From: Octopus sinensis
Lineage: Eukaryota
Length of the DNA: 64,000 nt
Assembly (NCBI RefSeq): GCF_006345805.1
Contig: NC_042998.1
Coordinates: forward strand, 37,944,001 to 38,008,000
Direction: 5' to 3'
A program made the translations under genes and the position numbers. Shown piece by piece: positions 23,136 through 37,365 of this stretch. The notes under the pieces are model-generated. The model saw only the letters and a program-made list of their open reading frames with translations. It ran no database searches and had not been told where the DNA came from. How positions within the stretch are numbered: the stretch's first letter is position 1; each line of letters begins with the position of its first letter.

Positions 23136-26100
23136 GAAGATAATACCGGAAGTTTGCTCACGAAACCTGAGTATTGAATCCTACAGCCTGAACTGGGCGA
23201 AATTGATATGTTTATTCATTTTATTGAGAAAACGAAATTGCAAACGATATTGTTTTCTCTAGCAAGTAATAAAATGAATTTCATGGTTTTTCGTTGCATG
23301 TTCTCCCCTTCTACTTTAAAAAAAAATTGTATTTTAATTTCATAAGAGGTTTGTTTATCTTTAATATGGTTGTGCATACAGAAGCACCACAGGAAATATT
23401 TCTTTAGACACAATAAAAAGGAAATTAAATATATCCCTGTCCATATGCGAAGCTATATTACTTTCTGAAATATAATATTTGATTAAATGCAGAAATGAAA
23501 CGTAACTGGTCTTCGAAAACCACTTACGTTTATAGGGGAAAGAGAAATCGGAAGTTATGATGCTATCCTATTTTTTAAGGGCATTAGCGTCTTAAGTAGA
23601 ATGAAATAGTTTCAACAAGGAATCTATACTGAGAAACATACAAACTGCAGAAAGTTACAGCATTGATGGTTATTGATTTTCCAGTCTTTTGTGTAGATGT
23701 TAAGACCCTATATTACATGAGAAGGAGGCATACTGAAATTTTTATCTTCTTCTGTCTCGATAAAATGAAGGAGTTTCAACCGGAAATTGAAACCATGCCA
23801 CAATTTTTAGATAGTTGCTGCTTTGTGCTTTCGCTAAACAGCGATGAAAATATTTGCTTCACAAACAACGAAATCAAATGCAGAGGTAGGAACGGCCTTC
23901 CCCAGCAATAAATGCGTTGTGAAAAACCTTCAACAAAACGAGTTGGGGTAATAGATCCGGTTATTCTTACATGAGTGCATTCTCAATAAAATCGACTAAA
24001 AGAGTTAATGTTTAACGTGAGTGCAGTGTAGCTCATAACATTTTTCTGAGTATGATTGAGGAAAGTTAAATTAGTTGGATTTCATTGTTAATCTAAATTA
24101 CAACACAGCACTTCATTTATAAATATTAACTTATTTACAATAGCTATAATAGGCAGCATGAAGTTTTTAAGGTAAGCGTTTTCCTGGATTGATTAACGAA
24201 TAGTTAAGTCTTTGTGGTTGTTTCAGCTGGTACGCACACCTGTCAAAACTAGATCATATGGTATGATATAATCCCCCTTTTGCGTATGAATTTAACGGCA
24301 CTTTATGCAAATTAATCTATTTTATACAATATTAAGGGCAATATGAAATCATTTTAAACATACCCTTCATATACCATTTTTAAAAAACCTTATTACTTGG
24401 TTTTCTGTTTTGATAATTATATTGTGATCATTTTTTTCCTAAATTGTTAAATGTTACTGTTTTGTCGTGAATATTCACTATCCACTTTATCAAATATTCT
24501 GCTTTGTTGTTACCATCAATTTTATTATGAGGCTTCAGACTTGTCACATTTGGTATCTACAAAAGCGGAGACATACGAAGAATATTTATCTATATGGCAC
24601 GTCATGAGAAAAGGAATGTGCCCTTGACTTTTGCAAATTCTCCAATACCAGTGAGGTCGATGCAGTCTATGATTTTAACTTGATTCTCAAATATTTCTTA
24701 GGATTGCAGCAAAAGTACGGGCGCATTCGATTGCTCCTTAATGCTATTTTCAGAAGCCAACTGTTACATTTTTACTATACCAAAAGTTTCGAAGATTTAA
24801 AAAGAGGGTGTCAATAAAATCGATAATGGTGATGTACAATCAACTACATCACACTCCAGCACATTGGCTTGATACCAGTATACAAAAGTCATTCATTGTT
24901 GCCGAGGTTTCACTCTCACCTTAGTTTCATCAAATACAAGGCATCAAATAGCATAATAGTTTATGCTAACCTTTCATTTCTGTTGTTTGCTAGCAACCAA
25001 AATAGACTAACAGACGACGATGAATAGGATTAAGCTTAAAAAGGTTCTCAGGCCATTAATAGTTACAGTTTGAATCACATATTACCGGAAATTGTATCGA
25101 GATACTTAAATAAAAATGTTTAAATCCATCAAAAACAAAGAAACCATGTATCACTTTCGATTCATTAAAACTTCAGTTATAAATGATGTATTTTGCGTTG
25201 ATGTAACTTCAGAGATACTTGGCATTTAATGCTCTCTTAAGTCCATTGTTAATTTAGTTGGGAATTTATTTCGCCGTTTAATTTTAATTTTTATTAAATA
25301 CTCTACTTCTTCACAATTCCTACCACGAAATGTAATCAATGTATAATTGCATAAAAGATCTCAACCTAGCCCCAAAATCATAACTGACCAGACCATATGA
25401 ATTGTAATATCATTAACGCCATTTTGCGTTCGAGTGATAAAGTAAGACACACACTCTATAAAGTACAACTGCTACATTGATAACAATTATAAAATATAAA
25501 CAATAGCAACTATTAAAATGGATTCATTAAAATGGCTTCAAATACTCCGAGAAAGAGTTTCAATTTGTAATGCTAATAAAAAATGTGATGCCATCTTACC
25601 ATTGAAACACCTTCAACAAATCTTCAGCTAGCGCCTCCTTCTTCGATATGGATCTGGAAACAAACGGTCGATCTGATCAACCAAGCAACGCATGACTTGT
25701 ATGTACCAATTTGTGCCAACCGTTGATGATCAAGTGCGAAGTTAAGGCGGGAACTATAGTTTTAATTGCAAGCAGAATCCAAAATACATCACATATACCG
25801 TTCATAATAATATAAATTATGAATGGTTGAACCATCTGCTTTAGTGCAGGAAAGCTAAAATATTTTCATAATAAACAGTGCGAGACTTTTTTTATATTTA
25901 TGATTCACACCTTTTCATTGCACCTACATTCTTAATGCTATTGGAAGATATTTGAACCACAATCAGTTATTTACTCCCAACGATTTTGCGAGTATTTCTA
26001 TACAAAAAAGTTGATTTGCTAGAAAACTAGCAATGATGATGGCAATGCTTCTGGCGATGAAGGTTAAAAATTTTTCGTAGCCATTCTGCTTGGACCCCTC

Positions 26101-27422
26101 TCCAGAGAATAAGGCTATCAGACTTCTAACATATATCTTGATCACTGATATTTAACTGTTCTTATTGATGTTAGAAATAATTATAGGTTCATTTTTATTG
26201 AATATGGCCAGAAAACACTTATTATTCGATTATTAATTGATTTCATTTTCCCGTTGGTAATATTTACTTACAAAAAAAAAATAAGAAAGCAATCTGTATA
26301 ATTACTACAGGACAAAGAAGCAATGGTGAAGTGTATAATTGCTAAAAGTTTTCGCAAAATGTAAGCATATAGGGTATTGCAGTGAACCGATAAATACCAT
26401 TCAATGTTTTGAAAAAGGCGTGATTGATTGGGCAGGTGTGGTCAGTATGTACAAACAAAATCACAAGAGTAACCAATGCGAAAATGCAATGTTCGAGAGA
26501 ATATTGATAATATTTTTTTTAAAGAAATATCTCAACTCTAATGTACTTGAGAAAGAAACTAGATCGATAAAATTTAAAATAAGTTTTTTTCCCTTTTAAC
26601 AGAGACACTTCAAGGAACACGAGTGTTACAAACTTTAATATCAACAGCAAATTAAGAAATGCAAATTATGTTGTTAAAAACTTAATGGCTACAAATTCAA
26701 TGTAATAGATTGCTAATCACAAGATAATGAGTTCAAAACTTCGTATTGACTTCCACTCGCTACGATAACACTATATGTCCGTCTCTGTCTATATGACTTC
26801 CAACAATTAACAATTGTAATTTGAAGTTGAATGGTTAGCAGTAAAAAAGATGGCCAGATTTCTTTAAACATTATTGGGCAAAATATTCTGAGATAAAGTA
26901 TTTTTTTGACTACAACAAAACACACACAAACACATACACACATACACAGCCCCCCCCACACACACAGAGGTGTCTCGGTAGTAACTTGAGCTACTACAAA
27001 TAGCATCTAAATCTTTCTTAAAATATACTCTTTCATTAAAAGAAAGACAAATTTACATCAAAGGCAACTCTGGGCTAAAAAAAAACACAAACAAACATAC
27101 TTCACATTAAACGATTATCTACTCAATAATACTTATAAAATCTTCGAAATTTCCTTCCCAGGTAAAACTCCATGTATTTTAAGATTGTTCAGGCAAAGTT
27201 GGTTCCCTTAGCTAAAGACCTCAAAATTGTGCGACCGGAAATCGTTTTTGAGGTTACTGTAGTAAAAGAAAAAAAATATTGTACAAAAAACATACTTTAT
27301 TTGGTAGCCGAAAGATTACTGAATCTTTTGATATCTCACACGTCAAAATAGGCAACTTAGTTTCCGAACTCATAAGGAACATACACACACACACCCACCC
27401 ACAAACTCTGTTTCATTATATA

Positions 27423-27424
<2 letters not shown>

Positions 27425-27490
<66 letters not shown>

Positions 27491-27717
27491 AAAATTCGAT
27501 TGAGAACTGAACCAAACTTCAGAACGTATAACTCAAAGTATTGTTCAAATTAATTTTTTCTCTTAACTTACACCACGTAAATAATTCCAAAATGTATATT
27601 TGCCTCACTGTTATCTGGCTTCCATTCTATCTGTCTTGAACAACAACAAAAAAAGTGATCTAAAGCACGAACATGTAAACTATGCGATTTCTATTCATCG
27701 TTATATGTGTGTGTGTA

Positions 27718-27780
<63 letters not shown>
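27425..27780. repeat. (TA)n (27425-27486) and (TG)n (27706-27780) microsatellites
   Basis: Direct inspection. Confidence 0.95.
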
Positions 27781-27783
<3 letters not shown>

Positions 27784-29111
27784 ATTCAAAGACATTCAAT
27801 GCGTATCACATCGATTACATATCAAACTTCCTGCAATAGGATGCTCGAGTGGGACTCACTCAATTTGATCTGGATCCAGCGAATGGCGGTCGTAGTTTCA
27901 GCAATTCTACAGCGTCACTATCTCTCGTAGGATTCACTAACAACTCAAAATTTATATCAATTTGTTGCATTCTTAAGAATATTATAAAATAATTGCTAGC
28001 CATGATTGAAAGTGGACTAGAAGAATATCGTATGTATTAATAAGGCAACATTTCCCAGTCTGTAAAATGTCTACTATATTAACAAACAACGATATCAGAG
28101 TGAAAAGGGAATTTAATAACAGCCATCAATCTTACAAGAGCGATGCTGTGTCAGATATTTATGTCTTATATTACTCGTGGCTCTGCTAACTTTACTGTGA
28201 CAATGAAGGGGAAAAAATCTAAGCAAGTCACTATTAAAGCTATCCAATACGTTTGTCGTAATGATTCAGAAAAACAAGAAAACCTCACCAGTTTCCGATT
28301 TCCATTTTCCATTAAATAATTCTCTTTAGTTACTTGAGCAAAGTTTGGTAATTGCAATCGGATAAAGAAGGTTTGCCTTCTGCAAAGGCTCTCTTTCATT
28401 TTGCTTTCATCTTTGTTATTCACATGTGAAACACGAAACCTTTACACATTATCAAAACGAAAAAAGTATATTAATATATATCGTTAACTTACTGGTCTGC
28501 AATTTCTTGTTGGGAAATTAATTTTTATCTCTATATACATGTAGCGACCTATGGTCTTTTAATGTATTCCACCGAGTGAGTGAAAAGAATGCTATATAGG
28601 AAGTAAAGCAGATTCGATATGGAAACTTCATAATAAATATATCTATGTATAAAATTTCATCTGAAATTGCATTAAATAAAAGACACTGAAAAGAAAAACT
28701 ACAGAGAGTTTTTAAAATAAAAGAAGATTTAAAAATCAATAATGTATCCTAAAATTATAAGAGCAGCTATGGTATTGCATCAGAGTAAATGATGTAGAGT
28801 ATCTTGGATCAAATCACACAGATGAATTAAATATCCTTCAGGGCATTCTATGTTTTGAATTTTACGAGTTAATATGCGCCATTTTATTGTGACTGATAAT
28901 TATGTTGTCATCTCTGAGGAAGATAAGTGACAAAGCCAGCCAGGCGTAAAAGAATAGAGAGCACTGCTACGAAGTAAAATGAAAAAAAATTAGCTCCAAT
29001 ATTTGTTATTTTGTCATATATATATTAGATTCTAACAAAACTATCCGACGAACGGAAACATGAATCTCTGAGTAACAGCTTTTGTGATATTTCTGCAGCT
29101 TTTATATAAAG

Positions 29112-29184
<73 letters not shown>

Positions 29185-29392
29185 GTATATAGAGATATAC
29201 ATGTGTGTCTCTCTGCGCGCGTGCGTGTGTACTTACATGTGTATATGTGTATGTGCGTCAGAATTTAAAGTGGACAAGGAAGTAAACCATTATGTCAAAT
29301 TTCATTGGTTTACCGTCGTTTCTGCTGTAATATGCAATGCACTGAGAGTTGAGCGCCCGTGTATAACCTTATATCATCATTGAGGCTTCTAT

Positions 29393-29443
<51 letters not shown>

Positions 29444-30144
29444 TAGCATCCTACAAATAGTTATAGTTAAACATTATTTTGTGGATGGTAGAAAAAGTAC
29501 CTTATCTCTGCTAAAGCAACGGAATGTTGCAACCGCTGGATCTGTGCGTGCTTTTTGGACACGGAAGAATAATATAGTTTCTCTAGTGTACCGTAAGGAG
29601 GATGAATCTAAATGTTCACAGACAACACTGTAGGATGCTCAACTGATTTTATTTCCCTTTCTTGTTCCTTGATGACATCTGAATTGTTTGGGTATGTAAA
29701 CAGATTCGAATACACGTGTGTGTAGTATTTGTATGTTTGTCTGAATGTGTGTGTGTATGTGTGTGGATGGGTTGGTTATTGTTTGTGCATATATGTATGC
29801 GTATTTGCAAAAATGCTAAATACTAAAGGTATTCGCCTCATAACCATCCTAGAGTGCATTCAGATGAGTGGTATATTAGACAGTATTATCTGTAGCATCT
29901 GGTCAGCCGATATATTGTGAAATAAATCAGATGAGCGAAAAATGGAAAAAAAGCCTGCTGGAGGATTGTACTTCTATTTCAAAGATAGATCATTGCCATA
30001 CACAGTGTTATAGTGGTCTTCCCTGAAAATTACATTGGACGCGCGTCTATGGAATACGCAACCAGGTACACGCTAATTCAATGAGCAAACGAAACACATC
30101 GGAAACCTGAATTTTCGGGAACCCAACTGACTGAATCATCTTTG

Positions 30145-30445
30145 TTCATTTACAGCCATCAATTGAACTGTCGAAGTTTCTAAGACTCTCCAGAAGTTTA
30201 GTATTTATATAATTTTGCGTGTCTAGACATACAACTGTATGCATGCGAATACATACATAATATATAAAAACATTCAAACTGCACATGTGGGGATGCAACA
30301 TGCTGCACCCATGCACACATACATTCACAAATACCATGTTGATGTTGTTGAAATTTCAATGAAGGAGCTTTGGATCTTCGTTAGAAACTGGCTCTTTCTC
30401 TCTTGGACAGAAATCTTGAAATGAAACTGACTAATGTCGTATGTA
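30145..30445 (-). repeat. Inverted copy of the about 345-bp repeat unit
   Basis: CCAGAAGTTT, TCTAGAC, TGATGTTGTTGAAATTTC, TTAGAAACTGGCTCTTTCTC and AAATCTTGAAATGAAACTGA are reverse complements of blocks in 18221-18940. Confidence 0.8.
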
Positions 30446-30722
30446 TGTATGAATGTATCTATATATATGCAGACATACATATATGCATATATGTATACAT
30501 ATATATATATGTGTATGTATATATACATATACATCCATATTTTTTTTCTCCTTTTTTTCTCTCTTTTTTCTCTCTTTTTTCTCTCCTTGTTTTTTCTGTG
30601 TCCCTTTCTACAGAAGAGCGTAGGCACGAAACGTAAAAGACTTGTTCTATTCCTGAGCGTTATACTAATACATCTGTTTGTTTTGTACACCACCTGTCTT
30701 CGTCTTTTGTTTTTTTTCGTAA

Positions 30723-30787
<65 letters not shown>

Positions 30788-31452
30788 GTTTGAATTATGT
30801 TTGAATTATGATGTTTGAATTATGATGCACGCGCGCGCGCGTGTGCGTGTGTGATTAATGCAGAATAGTATTTCTCTGAAACCTCGGGTGACATTTCCTC
30901 CATCTTCTGCTGCTCCATTCACAAATTCTATGAGCGCGAATGTCACTCCACATGAATCGAGGAGAAAGACATCGTTAGTGCTGATAGAATCCGAATCAGA
31001 AGAGCACAAAAGATGTAATCCTTATTCCATCTCGTATCTATTCACATATATTATGGTTTTATTGATAACTGACTATGAAAGACATATTACTTAGATATTT
31101 AGTATACATTTATGCAGATATTAACAAGAGTCATTTCCAACCGGCAGCTGTTGCAGTTATTTCAAGGAAACCTTCCTACGTTCAATTGAAAAGACTCTAC
31201 ATTGGATGAGAAAAGAAAGTGTTCGCCATCCTTCAGAAATTTAAAATTTACGCAACACAAGCCTTTGCTAATAAACAGGTTTCTAATAATTTAGTTGCAT
31301 CATTTGCTTCAACTGCAGTTATTTACAGGAGCAGTGCACATACGTGGAATTTGATGCAAGATGATACTGGTACTAAAGTTGTTACAAATTGTTGAGCTGT
31401 TGTGAATGTGCGGTGAGAGGTTTGCTCGAACCTCTTACCGTGGCAGTTTCGA

Positions 31453-31690
31453 CAAATGTCTTCTAATATCGCTTTGTGAGTGGATTTGGTAGACGGAGAC
31501 TGAAAGGAGCCCGTCGCATTTGTGTGTGTGTGTGTGTGCGTATGTGTATGTTCGTCCGCCACCACCGCTTAATAATCAGCGTTGGTGTGTTTATGTCACC
31601 ATAACTTAGCGGTTGGGCAAGAGGGACCAATAGAATAAGTGCCAGGATTAGAAAGAAGATATGTACTGCAGTCGAATCTTTCGACTTTAA
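31453..31690 (+). mobile_element. SINE family B, 5'-truncated
   Basis: GTGAGTGGATTTGGTAGACGGAGACTGAAAGGAGCCCGTC...CCACCACCGCTT...GATAGAATAAGT. Confidence 0.8.
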
Positions 31691-31701
31691 ACTTTCTATA
31701 T

Positions 31702-31788
<87 letters not shown>

Positions 31789-31800
31789 TATATATATATT

Positions 31801-31846
<46 letters not shown>

Positions 31847-31847
<1 letters not shown>

Positions 31848-32082
31848 TGGAGGTGCATAGCTCAGTGGTTAAGATGTTGGGTTCGTGGCGTAAGATTATG
31901 GTTTCCATTCCTAGACCGGGCGATGCGTTACTTTCTTGAGCAAAGCCCTTCCTTTCACGTTGCTTTTGTCTAGTCAGCTGGTACAATTGAGTACCAACCC
32001 TGCAATGGACCGGCGTCCCATCCTGGCGGGGAAGGTACACACCAGAGAAACCGGGAAACTGTCCCTGTGCTCCTTAAAGGAG
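31847..32082 (+). mobile_element. tRNA-headed SINE (family C head with a different 3' part)
   Basis: A-box TAGCTCAGTGGTTAAG and TTGAGCAAAGCCCTT...TCACGTTGCT shared with 59804-60142; continues into AACCCTGCAATGGACCGGCGTCCCATCC instead of the family C tail. Confidence 0.75.
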
Positions 32083-34344
32083 CAATGTGGACAAACCACC
32101 ATCCATTCATACACACATCCATACATACATACATAATACATTCATATGTATCTCTGTGTGTGTGTATGCGTGTGCAATTTTTACTACCAAACATGGTAAT
32201 TTTGTGTATCTAATTGGCGAATATTCTTTTCAGTGATAATCAAAATTACTTTGCTTGTTACCTTCATATATTTTCCTATTTAGGGCATTATTTCCTTGCC
32301 CAAGCCGCAGCGCTTCAATATTCTCTCTTCTGCCTTGTGGTTACAGGAAAACTTCGGATTTCCAAAATTGTTGTCTTAGGTTTTGAATGTTAACACTTTA
32401 TCTTCCATCGCATGTAAAAGTACAGTAGATTAAAGCTCCCTGGTGTTATTTGGGTCAAAATAAACAAATATATCTTACTATATTTAGTACAATTAATTGT
32501 GAATTTATTTGAAAAATTTATCAATATTCTTTCAGGAACTTTTCTATAAAATATCTATATTATCCTCCGAGGAAGTGCAGTACGCTACGTTTAGAAGTGT
32601 CAGGTTTATACCGAAGTATTAGTCTAATAATTGACAACATGGTTTTGAAATTTGCTTAGAACTCCTCTGAACGTTAAATATTTGAAGAGTAATAAACACA
32701 CTTCTTTATTATGAAGCCGTATCAATTACCAAGTGACACTTTATTGAACATTTTTCTGTCTTATTTCATTTTACTTTTGATCTATTTTCCAGCATTTGAT
32801 CATTGCATGAATAGAATTACTATTTATATTTAACCTCTAACTCAATGCCGTCTATTTATATTAGCTGAAATAGTAACACAGTGTAATTAAACCATGTCTA
32901 AACCTCATAGTACACAATATATTCAGTGTTTAATCTTGAAATTTAATGGCGTATTTAATGCAGCAGATCAGCGCGCATCACTGCGTTCAGTTCAACGTAT
33001 TAAGGTTACGTTTACGTCTTAGCAAATATCTCGATATAAAACTTGTTTTCTTGTGAAGTGAACTAACGATAGAGATTCTTCATTGAATCATATCAAAATC
33101 GTAAACTTTTTACAACCTCCATAGATGTATTTGGATATTATTATTTTTAAATAGGAAATGACGTATTTGCTCTTTACAGCATAATCTGACCTCTATTTAT
33201 AATTAAAACATAACATTGCATACTCATTTCCTTACAACTACAGGCAATATAAATTAATGTGTGGGCATATAAAGCACTTGTGAAAAGCATGGAAATCACA
33301 CGAACAAGTTCATCGCTCTCGAAATGTTCATAGTTGCTGCATATGTGAAAAATGCATTTCTAAAATTTATGAAGCGGAGACAAAACTGAAACAGGGAGAA
33401 ATTTTTGTATTTCATAGCATTTTATATTTAATTCAATTACTCTAACAAACTTTCTTTTATGTGTGTTCCACATGGACTTTTACAGAGTATTTCTATAGGA
33501 GATAACATATAAAATCATAAACAAATATCTATGGAAACAATTGGCCATTTGATAAATGTGAGCTTGCTTTTATCTTTACATATTATATGTTTGCGTCATG
33601 TATATAACTTGACTTAGTAGCAAATGAATTGCCGACAATAATCTGGTTCTTCCATGTTACCTACATATTCATTTTACCTATTTTAACTATCTAACTATAC
33701 TATATATTCATATCTTCATGCGCGTCACATGTTACAGATAAACTTCCACCATTACAGATATCAGATACATGATACATGATTTATGAGTGACATCTAAAGG
33801 AGTTCGAATATTTTGTAAGCAATTATTAATATAAATATAAGCGTCTATGTTAATTTTCCAGCACACTCAAACAACCTTTTCACATCCATTTCTAGGAGTT
33901 TTTACTCATCAGCCGAACAAGAGATTTATTTCAAATATTATCAACAAATTGAATGAGCAGCTTTCAATAGGGAATAGATGTGACACAAGGGTGGTGCTTG
34001 TTGTTTCTTTCCACTTCTTGCGGTGTTCTATGAAGATGGCTAGAAATATAATGGACGATTTGAGGGAAAGATCAGCACTTAAAAAACGTTACAATATATT
34101 TGGTTTTGAATGTATATTTTCATATCATTTATTAGAAAATATATATATTAATAGCGCTCAGTAAATCACTATACATATCCATTACTTTTTGCTAAAATGT
34201 CTTATTGACGAGTTTCGTTTTTACACTTTTCTGAAGAGAAGATTGCATTGTTTATACCATTTATACTTTTGAATAATATCAGTGAAATCTTCGAAACATG
34301 TCGAAAGTAAAAGTATTTGATTTATACCTGCGTTAAACTCCATT

Positions 34345-34433
<89 letters not shown>

Positions 34434-34903
34434 CCTCAGACTAGTGGGTTTAACATGAATCATGTATCTGCATTAATCCGAGTTGTTGGCCAAATTGGTA
34501 TTTGAGATAGTCTGGTTCCTCCACGCTCGCCTCTATTACATGCCGCGCCGTCGGTTCAGGCGGTGTTGTGCACAGGAGGATGTCCGTTTCATTTGAATGT
34601 TCAGAGAAAGAGGTTCATCTTTGAACTTCTTTCTGTTACCTCCTCAAATGTAAGACCTTTTCCCTGAAGACAGGGGCTCGTCTCATCCGGCGAGGCAATC
34701 AATTTACAAACATCATTTTGGACCACCCAGAAACAGTTTCGGAATTTGTAATTCTTTTCTTCAACTCCTTTAATTATTCTTGATATCATTTCGAGTCTGT
34801 GTAGGTGAAACCTTTTTCTATGTAAATGTACATCTTCAGTATTTCATGTATTTTATATGCTTTGTATATTCACCTGCCTAACTTGCTTATCCTTACATAT
34901 TAT

Positions 34904-34982
<79 letters not shown>

Positions 34983-35044
34983 ACATATATATACAGAGAG
35001 AGAGAGGGAGGGAGAGGGAGAGAGATTACACTTAATGTAAATAA

Positions 35045-35430
35045 TGTACAAAACTAATACACCTGTTTGAAATAAAACTGAACAACATACATACATACCA
35101 ATTTTGAGAAATTAGGCTTCTAAAAACGAGAAATGAGAAAGCCGATTCAAAACTGCAGAAGCAATCCATCAGTGCAATTGTAAAAATCTGTAAAACTTTC
35201 CAGAAGTTTATCATTTCAGTATATATAAACATATCTAGACATGCAACTTTATGCATGAGAATACATACATAGAACAAAACATATAAATCTACACATATAC
35301 ATACAAACAAAAAAAAACACCCTGCTGATCTTGAAATTTCAATAAAAGGGTCTTAGATCTAGGTGAGAACACGGCTCTTTCTTTATTGACAAGAGGTCTT
35401 GAAATAAAACTGAATAATGACAGACATACC
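35045..35430 (-). repeat. Inverted copy (plus start of a second unit) of the about 345-bp repeat
   Basis: GAAATAAAACTGAA occurs at 35068 and 35401; AATTAGGCTT, CCAGAAGTTT, ATATCTAGACATG and CTGCTGATCTTGAAATTTC mirror 18221-18940. Confidence 0.85.
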
Positions 35431-35701
35431 TGCGTACATACATATATAAAATATCTAATTTACACACAGGATATTGATTGTTACTAGGAATCGAACTGTT
35501 GTATCAGGTTTCAACCTTCTTATCTTTAAGATTAATTCTGTATTCAACATTTACTTTATTTTTCATTTACTAAAAGTTATTATTACTGAAAATTCGGATA
35601 TCAAGCATTTTGTCCTTTTTATTGTGTTCTTTAGAAACATAATTAGTGAGCAGATGTTATTTCTTATATTTAACAAAATAGCCTCGATAAAATTTATGCA
35701 G

Positions 35702-35888
35702 TTTATAAATTTTATAAAAAGCAGTTTAATACTTTTCTAAATTTTATAAAGAGCAGTGTAATATCTTCTACTTTAATAAATTTTAGAAAGATCAGTGTAA
35801 TATCTTCGACTTTTCTGAATTTTATAGGAGCAGTGGTAATATATTCTACTTTTCTATATTTTATAAAGAGCAGTGTAATATCTTCTAC
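35702..35888. repeat. 39-bp minisatellite, about 5 copies (TTTTCTAAATTTTATAAAGAGCAGTGTAATATCTTCTAC)
   Basis: Units start at 35702 (short), 35733, 35772, 35811 and 35850. Confidence 0.9.
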
Positions 35889-37365
35889 TGTAGATTACCT
35901 AAAGTTTATCTTTCATTGTGTGGAGTGGAGAAAAATTAGCGAATCACGCAACTTCCTTCTCTCATTTCCATTGTCTATGTTGAAATTAGTAATAAAAGCC
36001 AATAAGTTATTATAATTATTAACATTTGTAAAGTGAAATTAATTATTTAGTGGTTAAGAGGAAAGAGAAAACCTAACACGAGATTCTTTACATGAGTATA
36101 CAGCTGTGCCTTGTACGCTGTGAGTTTTGTATATATTTTATGCAACTTTAGAGCCTATATATTTACGACTATGTCCATCTTTGTATAATCTTATGTGAAA
36201 CTTTTGATTGCTCTTTCAAAATTCATAAAACTATTCTGTATGTCTTTTTAATTGAATATTAGGATGTGGTGGAGGTCATTGTTCTGTCTTCCACTACCTC
36301 TACATACCGTTTGATAGTTTAATCCGATTTCTCTCTCTCACCCTTTCTCTCTTTTTCTCTTTCTCTTTCCCTCTCCTTTCTCTCTCTCTCTCTCTCCGTC
36401 TACCTTCTCCTATCCTTGTAGCTTACAACATCATGCATTTATTTCAATTCCTTTACTTAACACTTGCCTACAATCCGAGTTAAAATACCATGATGTAAGT
36501 ACAGAATCTGTGCGCATATGTATGTATGTATGTATCTATGTATGTATGTTGACTTGTTCTTCTTTTCGGATTATGGCTGCTGTTGCTTAGTAAGTGGGAT
36601 GGACTCAGTGCACAGCCTTTCCTCACTTTAAAAAAATTTCTTGCACAGACATTGCACGATAACAACATTGATTAAGCTTCGTGCAATGGCCATACTCGAT
36701 AACGAGGGGGCAGCCACCATGTATGTATGCATGTTAGTATGTGTGTATGCTTGCATGCATGTATATATACGTGCATGCATGCGTTTATGTTGAAATGGCT
36801 TTTCTTTGAGTCTAATTCAAGTTTTTCTTGAAAGGATTCAAGCCGGTTACATACAAAGCGACAAGAGTTTTTGAATTAAGAGAGTACCAGATGTTTGTAA
36901 ATACATGGTTGAGTTGGTGTGTTGGTCGAGCTGCCCATACGTACACCCAAGTGAGTGCATCTATCTACACAGGAATCTCCGATGGATAATATTTGGAGCA
37001 TCTTACAAACCTTCATTGTGTCGCTAGTAAATGGATTTGGAGGTTCCACGCCTGTATATCTGGCTTTTCCTTCGAAAAACCTAGTATTTTTAGGTTTTTG
37101 CGTAAATGTTTTGGTACGTAGCCTACAAATTTACATAGTCTAATGCACATATAATGACAGGTACAAATGAAGATTTCTAGCTGAAGTACGATAGCATTAA
37201 TTCACTATAAATGTTCTCTTTTCTGGTACTTTTGTTTGTTCATTCACATCTACTGTGTAGGTACCTCTACAACAGTGCATGACGTTTGCTCCTTGTCCTT
37301 CAGAAAAAACATATGGTCTGTCTGTCTGTCTATCTGTTTGTATGTATGTATATATGTATGTAAAG

